The notes: generated from the sequence alone by a model not told the origin. A stretch of 64,000 nt of DNA from an uncultured Gammaproteobacteria bacterium (GCA_964394405.1 CAYMVY010000002.1:92-64091); one strand, 5' to 3'. Counted from the first letter of the stretch, positions 8,024 through 16,501 are shown. A program made the numbers and translations.

Positions 8024-9718
8024 ATGACTATTTCTGACTTAGGCACTCAACCTCACCCTGCACCCTCCCCTAAAAGGGGAGGGAAATACATATTACCTCT
8101 AGTAGCGTTGTTGTTTTTTGGATTGTATTTTTATCTTCATGGAGGTGAGGCACTCACAGACCTAAGAAACGGCGAAAGTCATAACATTATTTCAAATCAG
8201 CCAGATGAAATGGCTAATTATTTTTTTATCAAGGAATTAGTTGTCAATCATTCGTTTGGGTGGTATGAAGCTCTGAATGAGATTGTATCGAGTCAGGTGC
8301 ATGCGCGCAGCATGACGGTGATTGATGGGCGACTGGAGCCAATTGGATTCCCATTTTTTATTGTATTGGTTTCTGCATTTGCATTTGTACCAACGATGAT
8401 TTTTGGTACAAGTTTTTTCAACATAGTCGCCATCAGCTTAGTACCGCTACTTGCTGTTGCGTCTAATTTTTTGTTGTATGGAATAGTGAAGAGAGTATGG
8501 AATGAACGAATGGCCTTGATCAGTTCGATGTTATTATTTCTACTGCCCTCGTGGTGGTATTGGGCAAGTCGACCATTTCAGCATACGATTCCATTTATAT
8601 TTTTTGTACTCCTCAGTGTGTATGGAATGTTGCGAATACTGGATACCAAAATCACACGTGAGAAATTATGCTATGCCGTGGTGAGCGCTCTTGGAATTTC
8701 AATTGCGCTTGCAATTCGTCCGAATGAATTACTTTGGGTTTTAGGGCTTTATGGGTATGTCGTGTATCTGATGCGAAAGCATATATCCAAGCAACATATT
8801 ATTGCATGGAGTGTGAGTGTTGTGTTTGTTTCTATATTATTTTTTGTGATACAGGATGCTTTCTATGGCAGTCCGCTAGCAAGCGGATATGTAAAACCAA
8901 CCGCAGATGGAGACGCAGGAGGTGTGCTCGGTGGTGGACAAGGAGTATCGTTTCTTCGAGCTTTTTTCTTTCCTTTTGGAATTCATCTCATGAATGCGCT
9001 CACCACTGTGTATCGATATTTTTTTCTTTTGTTTAATTCATGGATATTATGGGCATTTGTATCATTTGTGTTTATTTTGGCACGTGGTGAAAGCTCTATG
9101 AGGAGATATGTCGCAGTGTATTGCGTGTTAAGTGCGTATTTGGTGTTGTGGTATGGATCATGGAGTTTTACTGACAATCTGCTCGGCCTTCCCTCTATCG
9201 GTAGCTCACAAGCACGATATTTTATGCCCGTATATCTTGGTATGATTCCCTTGATTGCATATTTTTGTGACCGTATACTAACTACACTCTCTCGTACGAA
9301 ACAAATTCTTGCCGCCAGTGTTTTGGTTCTTATTTTTTCACTAACTTCACGTAGCGCTGTGTTTGCTTCATTTCCCGAAGGGCTCACTGCAGTCAAACAT
9401 ACGTTGCGTGTATATTCAGAGAGACAAACTGGAATTTACGCTCATGTTCCTGCATATGGATTGGTAGTGACTCGCTATGGAGACAAATATATATTTCCCG
9501 AACGAAAAGTCATGATTCGGACAGAAGAAACTATCTGGGCATACTCAGTAAAACAACTATTGGAAATTGGTATGCCGGTATGGTGGTATGATTTGGAATT
9601 AACATCTGAAGAACAAGAAGAAGTGGACGCGCTTTTGAGTACTAATGGACTGGTACTTGGTGAAGTTAAAGCAACGTGGGACAATCTCCAGCTTAGAGAG
9701 ATAGGGTTGAAAAAATAA
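8024..9718 (+). CDS. Polytopic membrane protein, GT-C fold (GT39/GT83-like, ArnT/PMT family)
   Basis: 564 aa, many TM helices with a large loop, typical of 4-amino-arabinose/mannosyltransferase-like enzymes. The N-terminal codons overlap the GC-rich hairpin repeat at 8053-8084. Confidence 0.55.
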   Translation: MTISDLGTQPHPAPSPKRGGKYILPLVALLFFGLYFYLHGGEALTDLRNGESHNIISNQPDEMANYFFIKELVVNHSFGWYEALNEIVSSQVHARSMTVIDGRLEPIGFPFFIVLVSAFAFVPTMIFGTSFFNIVAISLVPLLAVASNFLLYGIVKRVWNERMALISSMLLFLLPSWWYWASRPFQHTIPFIFFVLLSVYGMLRILDTKITREKLCYAVVSALGISIALAIRPNELLWVLGLYGYVVYLMRKHISKQHIIAWSVSVVFVSILFFVIQDAFYGSPLASGYVKPTADGDAGGVLGGGQGVSFLRAFFFPFGIHLMNALTTVYRYFFLLFNSWILWAFVSFVFILARGESSMRRYVAVYCVLSAYLVLWYGSWSFTDNLLGLPSIGSSQARYFMPVYLGMIPLIAYFCDRILTTLSRTKQILAASVLVLIFSLTSRSAVFASFPEGLTAVKHTLRVYSERQTGIYAHVPAYGLVVTRYGDKYIFPERKVMIRTEETIWAYSVKQLLEIGMPVWWYDLELTSEEQEEVDALLSTNGLVLGEVKATWDNLQLREIGLKK

Positions 9719-9878
9719 CACTAATGCGATAGGATGAGGTTTGAGGTTAGTATTTTGGATTTTAATTATCGGCTCTGGTGAACAACCTTGATCCGACCCC
9801 TTTTCATTCTAAAGATTACAAGATGTAAGAATGAAGATTGGAATTTTCTTTTTACTTTTTACTTTTGACTTTACTATT

Positions 9879-10283
9879 ATGGACTGCGTTTTTTGTAAAA
9901 TTTTAAAAGGAGAAATTCCTAACTATACTGTGTATGAGGATGAATATGTTTTGGCGTTTCTCGACATTCATCCTACTGTTGAAGGGCATACCGTAGTCAT
10001 TCCAAAAACACATGGTGCGACAATTTTTGATTTTAGCGAAGAGGTTTTGGGGCAATTGATGAAGGGCGCACAAAGAGCAAGTGAGAGATTGAATGAAGTT
10101 TTGCATCCAGATGGATTTTCTATTGGGTGGAATCATGGAGAAGCAGCAAAACAGGGTGTGCCTCATCTTCATATACACATTATTCCTCGGTATCATGGTG
10201 ATGGCGGGGGAAGTATGCATTCGATTGTTCGACAAGATGGTATGCACACCGTTGAGGATGTTTCAAAGCTTTTTCATAGATAA
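9879..10283 (+). CDS. HIT family hydrolase (histidine triad)
   Basis: MDCVFCKI... and the HxHxHxx motif (HLHIHIIP). Internal ATG start used. Confidence 0.85.
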   Translation: MDCVFCKILKGEIPNYTVYEDEYVLAFLDIHPTVEGHTVVIPKTHGATIFDFSEEVLGQLMKGAQRASERLNEVLHPDGFSIGWNHGEAAKQGVPHLHIHIIPRYHGDGGGSMHSIVRQDGMHTVEDVSKLFHR

Positions 10284-10288
10284 TCGTT

Positions 10289-10828
10289 ATGCCATCTCCA
10301 CTCAAAAAAGTTTCAGAAGAAATATTGCATGAAAATCCCTGGTGGAGATATAAGCATGATATTTTTTCTTTTCCTGATGGTAAAGAGGGGAGTTATTATT
10401 ATGGAGAGACATATGGTATGTCTATCATTGTTCCAATTTTGCCCGATGGGCGATTGGTGATGGTAAAACAATATCGATATTTAAATGACAGATACAGTAT
10501 TGAATTTCCTGGTGGAGGAATAAAAAAGGGAGAAGCCCCTTCGGCTGTTGCTAAGCGAGAATTGATGGAAGAAACTGGATTTTCTGCCAAAGAATTTATT
10601 AATATTTCAAATTTTGAACCTCACAATGGATTGTTCCTTGATTCGACTCATGTATTTATTGCCAAACAAATTTCACAAATTGATACTCATGAACCAAAGG
10701 GTGATGAGACAGAATTTATCGAAATCTTGCTGCGTCGACCAGATGAGATAGATCAGTTGATTCGGAATAATGAAATTTGGGATGGACAGACGCTCGCAAC
10801 GTGGGCAGTGGCACGGTATTATGTATAA
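10289..10828 (+). CDS. NUDIX hydrolase
   Basis: Nudix box GGGIKKGEAPSAVAKRELMEETG. Confidence 0.8.
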   Translation: MPSPLKKVSEEILHENPWWRYKHDIFSFPDGKEGSYYYGETYGMSIIVPILPDGRLVMVKQYRYLNDRYSIEFPGGGIKKGEAPSAVAKRELMEETGFSAKEFINISNFEPHNGLFLDSTHVFIAKQISQIDTHEPKGDETEFIEILLRRPDEIDQLIRNNEIWDGQTLATWAVARYYV

Positions 10829-10881
10829 ACATTGATTTAGACAGATTAAAAGGATTGAGACTGAAGATGTGTGTCCTTTAA

Positions 10882-10921
10882 AATCTGCGTAATCAATGTT
10901 AATCTGCGTAATCAATGTTTT
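10882..10921 (+). promoter_or_regulatory. Tandem duplicated motif AATCTGCGTAATCAATGTT x2 ending 2 nt before the rfbB start codon
   Basis: Exact 19-bp tandem copies at 10882-10900 and 10901-10919. The same half-sites TCTGCGTAATC and AATCAATGTT are found upstream of mraY. Confidence 0.6.
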
Positions 10922-11929
10922 ATGAAATTACTAGTAACTGGCGGAGCTGGTTTTATCGGATCAAATTTTATTCGATATTGGTTGAGAGAGCATGCAGACG
11001 ATGAAATCGTTAATTTTGATGTATTAACATACGCGGGCAATCTAGAAAATCTAGATGAAGTAAGCGATGATCCCCGATATCATTTTATCAAAGGAGACAT
11101 TACTGATCGGGATGCAGTTTTTGACGCAGTAAAAGATGTTGACGTCGTGGTGCATTTTGCCGCTGAGTCTCATGTGGATCGATCGATTATGGATCCTATG
11201 ATTTTTGTAAAAACAAATGTTATTGGAACGCAGAATTTGCTTGATGCCACAAAAGAATATAAGAAAAGATTTCATCATATCTCGACTGATGAAGTGTTTG
11301 GAGCTTTGAAATTAGGGGAAGCCGCGTTCAATGAGCTCACTCCATATGATCCGAAAAGTCCTTACTCTGCTTCCAAAGCCGCTTCTGATCATCTGGTTCG
11401 TGCATATCGACATACTTTTGGAATTGAGGCGACCATTTCAAATTGTTCGAACAATTACGGCCCGTACATGTTTCCTGAAAAGTTTATTCCATTATGTATT
11501 TCCAATCTGATGGAACATAAAAAAGTACCAGTCTATGGTGATGGACTGTATATACGAGACTGGATACATGTTGATGATCACTCACGTGGAATTGATGTTA
11601 TTTTGAGTAAGGGAAGAATAGGAGAGACTTATTGTCTTGGTGGAAATTCTGAAATGACGAATCTCGATGTAGTAACATTGCTTTTGAAGTACATGCACAA
11701 AGATGAATCGTATATTGAATTTGTAACAGATCGACCAGGACATGATCGACGATATGCGATTGATTTTACCAAAGCAAAGACTGAGCTCGGATGGGGGCCT
11801 GAAATCAAGTTTGAAGAAGGACTCAAAAATATGGTAGACTGGTATCTCTCGAATCAAGACTGGGTGAATCGCTGTAAGAGCGGTGCTTATCGAGAGTACT
11901 ACGCTACACAATATGGTGAACGTTACTAG
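10922..11929 (+). CDS. rfbB: dTDP-glucose 4,6-dehydratase
   Basis: [16 protein letters not shown] Rossmann N-terminus, catalytic YSASKA, SDR extended family. Its length and motifs match RmlB. Confidence 0.9.
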   Translation: MKLLVTGGAGFIGSNFIRYWLREHADDEIVNFDVLTYAGNLENLDEVSDDPRYHFIKGDITDRDAVFDAVKDVDVVVHFAAESHVDRSIMDPMIFVKTNVIGTQNLLDATKEYKKRFHHISTDEVFGALKLGEAAFNELTPYDPKSPYSASKAASDHLVRAYRHTFGIEATISNCSNNYGPYMFPEKFIPLCISNLMEHKKVPVYGDGLYIRDWIHVDDHSRGIDVILSKGRIGETYCLGGNSEMTNLDVVTLLLKYMHKDESYIEFVTDRPGHDRRYAIDFTKAKTELGWGPEIKFEEGLKNMVDWYLSNQDWVNRCKSGAYREYYATQYGERY

Positions 11930-11931
11930 TT

Positions 11932-12807
11932 ATGAAAATACTTATTCTCGGTAATGGATATATCGCGAAGCGCTGTGCGAAAGCATGGGCCAACGCGGTA
12001 CATGATCCTACAAAAATATATTCGAAAGAAGATGTTATTGTGTTAATCGAAAAACACCATCCTGATGTAATACTTAACGCTGCGGGCGTGCGTGGAAAAC
12101 CCAATGTTGACTGGTGTGAGACTCATCAGCTCGAAACTATTGTTGGTAATACTAAACTTCCAATTCTCATTGCAGAAGCATGTCAGGAAAAAAATGTGTA
12201 TCTTCTGCATATTGGCTCTGGTTGTATTTTTTATGGCGATTCTCCGCATCCGGATAAGAAATGGCGCGAGAATGATATGGGAAATCCGACAGATGTGACC
12301 TATTCTCGAACGAAATGGGCAGCTGATCTGGTGCTTTCTACTTTGCCAAATACCGGTATTGCTCGAATCCGCATGCCGATTGACTGGATTCCCGCACCTG
12401 ATAATCTGATTAACAAACTCACGTCGTTTTCGAAAGTGATTGATGTTGAAAATAGTGTGACTATTCTTGATGACATGGTTGAGGTTTTTTATAAATTACT
12501 TGAGAAAAAAGCAGAAGGAATTTTTCATGTAACTAATCCTGGAACTTTGAAGCACAGAGAGATTGTTGGTTTATATGAAGAAATAGTTGATTCTGCACAC
12601 AAGAATGAGTGGATTAGTAATGATGATCTGGTAACGCAGGGGCTTGCAACTAAGGGTCGATCGAATAATTTTCTAGCTTCAGAAAATCTCGGAAAGATTG
12701 GTATTGAAATGCGCGAGGTAAAACAAGCAATTCGAGACACTATGGAAAAATATGCTAAGGCAAAAAAAGATGGATTGCATTGGGAAGAATTTCTGACAGT
12801 TGAATAA
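11932..12807 (+). CDS. dTDP-4-dehydrorhamnose reductase-like NAD(P)-dependent epimerase/reductase
   Basis: MKILILGNGYIAK Rossmann-like N-terminus and a YSRTK catalytic motif. It sits immediately downstream of rfbB. Confidence 0.65.
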   Translation: MKILILGNGYIAKRCAKAWANAVHDPTKIYSKEDVIVLIEKHHPDVILNAAGVRGKPNVDWCETHQLETIVGNTKLPILIAEACQEKNVYLLHIGSGCIFYGDSPHPDKKWRENDMGNPTDVTYSRTKWAADLVLSTLPNTGIARIRMPIDWIPAPDNLINKLTSFSKVIDVENSVTILDDMVEVFYKLLEKKAEGIFHVTNPGTLKHREIVGLYEEIVDSAHKNEWISNDDLVTQGLATKGRSNNFLASENLGKIGIEMREVKQAIRDTMEKYAKAKKDGLHWEEFLTVE

Positions 12808-12824
12808 ACAGTATATATCTCATA

Positions 12825-12853
12825 CAAACCTTCTTATCAGAGAGGGTTTTTTG
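12825..12853. terminator. Terminator-like hairpin followed by a T-run after the rmlD-like gene
   Basis: caaaccttcttatcagagagggttttttg. Confidence 0.5.
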
Positions 12854-12970
12854 TTTACCATTGACACCAGACCGGAAAAGTGATATTTTTTTTAATCTTG
12901 TCCATTTCGGATCGGATCCCTATATGCCTAGGGTAATCGGCTATACTGCATTACAGGAGAGGGTGCCACC

Positions 12971-13591
12971 ATGGCACATAATTCTTCGTGGATCGAGTGG
13001 TTCAATACGCAGTGTATCGTTTCGTCGATGATCGTCGTCCCGAAGCCTATTCAGACCGTGCGTGGATGGGTGATGGATCTTCTTCGGGGATGGTTCGGTC
13101 GGACGGATGGTAAGTTCTTCCAGATGGTCGGGTTCGAGATCTCGGTGCCGAAGCCTGGACAGCGGGAGATCCCGAGCTGGGACCAGCCTCTGATCCAGGA
13201 GGTGGGCGAGGGAGCTCTCGGACTTCTCAAGGTCCGGGGAGAGGATCTGTACCTGGTCTCTGCCAAGGCCGAGCCGGGCAACAAGTCCAGAGGTCGGGTC
13301 CTCCTCGCGCCTAGCCTGCAGGCTTCCCGCTCCAACCTCGAGCAGGCGCATGGTGGCACCCTGCCGCCGCGTGCCGAATTCGCTCGAGAGTCGGGCGTCA
13401 AGTGGGTCGACTTCCTCAAGGATGGTGGCCGCTTCTTCGAGAGCACCAACCAGGCCGCGGTGATCGAGGTCGACTACTTCCATCCGAACTCGAACGAGCG
13501 ATGGTTCAGTCGCTACGAGCTCAGGGAGGCTCTCCTTCGCGGTGTGTGCAACGCACACCTTCGAGAGCTGCTCGCGCTCGCGTTCATCTGA
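12971..13591 (+). CDS. Single-domain NDP-hexose 2,3-dehydratase-like protein (Hexose_dehydrat family; Nudix-like fold), high-GC, with SD AGGAGAGG
   Basis: Motifs recalled for the TylX3/EvaA/EryBVI family: GKFFQMVGFEISV, WDQPLIQEVGEGALGLL, LVSAKAEPGN, LAPSLQASRSN..HGG, DGGRFFESTNQAAVIEV. It is 206 aa, half of the usual two-domain enzyme. It shows ~60% GC against a ~40% background. Confidence 0.6.
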   Translation: MAHNSSWIEWFNTQCIVSSMIVVPKPIQTVRGWVMDLLRGWFGRTDGKFFQMVGFEISVPKPGQREIPSWDQPLIQEVGEGALGLLKVRGEDLYLVSAKAEPGNKSRGRVLLAPSLQASRSNLEQAHGGTLPPRAEFARESGVKWVDFLKDGGRFFESTNQAAVIEVDYFHPNSNERWFSRYELREALLRGVCNAHLRELLALAFI

Positions 13592-13603
13592 GATAGAACG
13601 CTC

Positions 13604-13716
13604 GTAGATGTTCTTTTGTGGCCGTATCGGGGGGAGATACATCTCGATACGGCATCTGCAAAAAAGCCTTTCTTCAAGGGCTTTTTTGTTTTCAAGTTTA
13701 TTGATAATAGGCTTGA
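13604..13716. repeat. Left copy of a ~110-bp direct repeat flanking ORF 13773..14324; contains a palindrome and terminator-like hairpin
   Basis: gttcttttgtg...ccgtatcg/cgatacgg palindrome...acggcatctgcaaaaaagcctttcttcaagggcttttttgtttt...tattgataataggcttgac aligns with 14323-14455. Confidence 0.7.
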
Positions 13717-13775
13717 CTTTTTTGTTATATATGCTAATATCCTCTGTCCATCTGACCAGAAGGAGGTTCGAAATG
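13714..13775 (+). promoter_or_regulatory. Canonical sigma70-like promoter (TTGACT N15 TAATAT) and SD AAGGAGG upstream of ORF 13773
   Basis: ttgacttttttgttatatatgctaatat, then ccagaaggaggttcgaaATG. Confidence 0.55.
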
Positions 13776-14324
13776 GACGGGGCAATGTATGAGATACAAC
13801 AGGCAGAAATAGTTCGGGCGCTGAAAATGCTTCCGAACGGGAATGGTCCGCTGCCACACGACATCTTCGTTCAGATCGCACGCGCGTGGTACCTCATCGC
13901 CTTCGAGGCCGTACTCTTGCGCAAGGGGCAGGGTGGCATCGAGGTCTATCTGACTCAACGCGATCTGAGGGACGCGTTCTACCCTGGGGAGTGGCATGCG
14001 CCGGGTTCCATTCTCCTGCCTCGTGAGGAGGATGCTGACGTGGCTCGGCGGCTCGGCAAGAGGGAGTTCAAGAGCCCGATCACGGACAGCTCGTTGGTCG
14101 GGTGCAAGTTCCACCAAGAAGCACGGGGGTGGATGCTCTCGATGATCTTCCTCACCACGGTTCCGGACCTGTCGCACGCTGGTGGCACCTGGTACCCGGT
14201 CGACCGTCTGCCGAAGAATACCGTCTCGTCCCATGTGGACTTCATCATCCCCATGGCAGTTGCGGCCTTCAAGCGGCGGCACGGGTGGCGTGCCTGGGTC
14301 GGGAAGCTGCTCGGTCTGGTGTAG
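13773..14324 (+). CDS. High-GC Nudix-fold-like hypothetical protein (degenerate Nudix box)
   Basis: PGEWHAPGSILLPREEDADVARRLGKREF approximates GX5EX7REUXEEXGU but is off-register. GC content is high. It has a strong SD and its own promoter. Internal ATG at 13773 was chosen over the tracked 13608. Confidence 0.55.
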   Translation: MDGAMYEIQQAEIVRALKMLPNGNGPLPHDIFVQIARAWYLIAFEAVLLRKGQGGIEVYLTQRDLRDAFYPGEWHAPGSILLPREEDADVARRLGKREFKSPITDSSLVGCKFHQEARGWMLSMIFLTTVPDLSHAGGTWYPVDRLPKNTVSSHVDFIIPMAVAAFKRRHGWRAWVGKLLGLV

Positions 14325-14455
14325 TCGTTCTTTTGTGAAAAATTAGGGGTTGCCCTACCGGAGTGAAATAATCTTCGGTACGGCATCTACAAAAAAGCCT
14401 TTATTTTAAGGGCTTTTTTGTTTTACAAAAGCCTATTGGTTTGATAGGATTACCC
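14323..14455. repeat. Right copy of the ~110-bp direct repeat flanking ORF 13773..14324
   Basis: gtcgttcttttgtg...taccgg..cggta palindrome...acggcatctacaaaaaagcctttattttaagggcttttttgtttta...tattggtttgataggattac. Confidence 0.7.
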
Positions 14456-14488
14456 TGTATATGCGTTATACTCTATAACTTATTTTTT

Positions 14489-15553
14489 ATGTTAGATTCA
14501 CTTACTCAAATTAAAAAAATTGATACTGAAAACATGCTCGGCAGTTTGCAACTACTCCATACACAAGTAGCAGAAGTTGCTCAGAATGCAGAGGGTTTGA
14601 CTATCCCTTCAGCGTATAAAAAAATTGACCGAATAGTAGTTTTTGGCATGGGTGGATCTGCTCTTGGTGGGCATATTATTCAATCCTTATATCGAAAAGA
14701 ATTGAAATACCCACTTGAGATTGTGAATGGGTATGAAGTGCCTGGGTATGTGAATGCAAAAACATTGGTTATTTTATCCAGCTATTCTGGCACGACTGAA
14801 GAAGTATTATTTGTAGCTGAACTTGTGCGGGCACGAAAAGCAAAGATTGTGGTAATCAGTGCGGGCGGTGATTTGGCACAGTTTGCACAGAAACACAAAT
14901 ATCCGGCTTTGATTTTTTCAACTGAGAATAATCCCTGTGGATCTCCACGTATGGGTCTCGGATATTCAATCATTGGACAGTTGATTCTTCTTTCAAAATT
15001 TGGTGTTGTAAAAATTTCATCAAAACAAATTCAAAACATTATTAAGGTGCTTGCCGAGTATGACACACTCTATGGTGTTCTTACTCCAGAAAAAGAAAAT
15101 TTTGCAAAGCAATTGGGGAGAAAGACGATTGATCGAAGTGTATGGTATGTGGGAAGTGAACATCTACTTGGGAGCGCACATACCGCAGCAAATCAGATGA
15201 ATGAGAATGGAAAACGTATGAGCGGATATTTTGCATTACCTGAACTCAACCATCATTTGATGGAAGGTATGATGTATCCGAAGACAAATAAGAATACGTT
15301 ACTTTTTGTCCTGATTGAATCATCCTTGTATTATGCTCGCGTGCAGAAGCGATACGAAGTAACGAGAAAGGTGTTGGAAAAGAATCATATTGCACATACA
15401 TTGTATCGTGTAAAAGAAACTGATGCGTTATTGCAGGCATGCGAATGTTTGGTATTTTTCAGTTATGTGAGTTATTACTCAGGACTCTTGAAAAAGATTG
15501 ATCCGACTGCGATTCCGTTTGTGGATTATTTTAAGCGTGAACTGTCAAAATAG
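14489..15553 (+). CDS. Bifunctional phosphoglucose/phosphomannose isomerase (SIS domain, PGI/PMI family)
   Basis: Tandem SIS-domain signatures: IVVFGMGGSALGG and a second VWYVGSEHLLGSAHTAANQMNENGK. Archaeal-type PGI/PMI architecture. Internal ATG 14489. Confidence 0.7.
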   Translation: MLDSLTQIKKIDTENMLGSLQLLHTQVAEVAQNAEGLTIPSAYKKIDRIVVFGMGGSALGGHIIQSLYRKELKYPLEIVNGYEVPGYVNAKTLVILSSYSGTTEEVLFVAELVRARKAKIVVISAGGDLAQFAQKHKYPALIFSTENNPCGSPRMGLGYSIIGQLILLSKFGVVKISSKQIQNIIKVLAEYDTLYGVLTPEKENFAKQLGRKTIDRSVWYVGSEHLLGSAHTAANQMNENGKRMSGYFALPELNHHLMEGMMYPKTNKNTLLFVLIESSLYYARVQKRYEVTRKVLEKNHIAHTLYRVKETDALLQACECLVFFSYVSYYSGLLKKIDPTAIPFVDYFKRELSK

Positions 15554-15632
15554 AACACGGATGACACGGGTCTAACGGATTTTATTGCATTATCCGTGAT
15601 AACCCGTGTTACCCGTTCAATCCGCGTTCTAT
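15551..15632. repeat. Array of ~9-bp units (AACACGGAT / ACCCGTGTT types) arranged convergently, between the PMI and GT2 genes
   Basis: aacacggat gacacgggt ctaacggatt | atccgtgat aacccgtgtt acccgttca atccgcgttc. A homologous array with opposite arrangement lies at 31869-31958. Confidence 0.65.
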
Positions 15633-15643
15633 TAATTAAGATT

Positions 15644-16501
15644 ATGCGAGTATCTGTTATTACGGTGACCTGGAATAGTAAGGAGTTTATTTTCAACCAA
15701 ATTGAATCTGTTAAGCGTGCGGCACAGAATATTCAGATTGAGCAGATTGTAGTTGATAATGCATCGACTGATGGGACTGTCGAGGTAATACAAGAGAGAT
15801 TTTCTGATGTTATAGTGATTGCAAATAAAGAAAATAAAGGATTCGGTGCAGCGAATAATCAGGGTGTGGAGATTTCGAAAGGGGAGTATGTATTGTTTCT
15901 CAATCCTGACATGAAGTTGGAACCAGGATCACTCGATATATTTGTTGATTGGATGGATACAAATCCAAAGGTTGGTATTGCGAGTCCAAAATTGGTTGAT
16001 GAGCAAGGTGTACTTAATTTGAACACAACTCCCCGTCGATTCCCACGAGTGTGGGAACAGATTGCGTTGATTGTTAAATTACCCCACCTTTTCCCCTCAT
16101 TTCTTGACGGGTATCGAATGAAGGGGTTTGATAGTACTAGAGAACAAGAGGTGGATTCGGTACAGGGTTCGTGCATGCTGGTACGAAGAGAATTGATTGA
16201 AAAATTGGGGTATGCCTTCGATCTTCGATATTTTATCTGGTATGAGGATGTCGATCTTTGTAGGGAGGCATATCGGCTGGGATACGTGGTTATGTATACG
16301 CCGGTCATTAGTGCGGTTGATTATAGTGGGCAGAGTTTTAAAAAACGGACGACTTTGTGGAAACAAAAACAATTTACTCGATCCATGCTTGTTTATTTTC
16401 AAAAATGGGAACCATGGTGGAAGTGGGTATGGATCGCAGTATTTAGACCAGTAGGAATTGGGATCGTCTGGATAGGGGAAAAAGTAAAAAGTAAAAAGTA
16501 A
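15644..16501 (+). CDS. Glycosyltransferase family 2
   Basis: MRVSVITVTWNS...DNASTDGT...NKGFGAANNQG...YVLFLNPD is the GT-A DxD-type fold. Confidence 0.85.
   Translation: MRVSVITVTWNSKEFIFNQIESVKRAAQNIQIEQIVVDNASTDGTVEVIQERFSDVIVIANKENKGFGAANNQGVEISKGEYVLFLNPDMKLEPGSLDIFVDWMDTNPKVGIASPKLVDEQGVLNLNTTPRRFPRVWEQIALIVKLPHLFPSFLDGYRMKGFDSTREQEVDSVQGSCMLVRRELIEKLGYAFDLRYFIWYEDVDLCREAYRLGYVVMYTPVISAVDYSGQSFKKRTTLWKQKQFTRSMLVYFQKWEPWWKWVWIAVFRPVGIGIVWIGEKVKSKK

Noticed and set aside
12941-13864. Long antisense ORFs (307 aa, 132 aa, 122 aa, 182 aa on the minus strand; 64-78 aa on the plus strand) overlapping the high-GC island genes
   Set aside because: High-GC DNA has few stop codons, so long spurious frames are expected. 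Their translations are R/G/S/P-rich low-complexity, and they oppose ORFs with motif support, SD sites and promoters.
13604-14455. Interpretation of the repeated 3' elements as integron attC sites
   Set aside because: No integron integrase is in the window. The conserved attC core sites (GTTRRRY / RYYYAAC) are not evident at the repeat ends. I kept it as a generic flanking direct repeat.
15551-15632. CRISPR array
   Set aside because: The units are ~9 bp with no unique spacers and no cas genes. They are far too short for CRISPR repeats.
16481-16500. AAAAGT hexamer x3.5 at the end of the first GT2 as a phase-variation tract
   Set aside because: The unit length of 6 preserves frame, and the tract overlaps the stop codon. 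Similar A-rich tracts (25165-25200, 41057-41090) look like A-tract intergenic DNA rather than contingency repeats.
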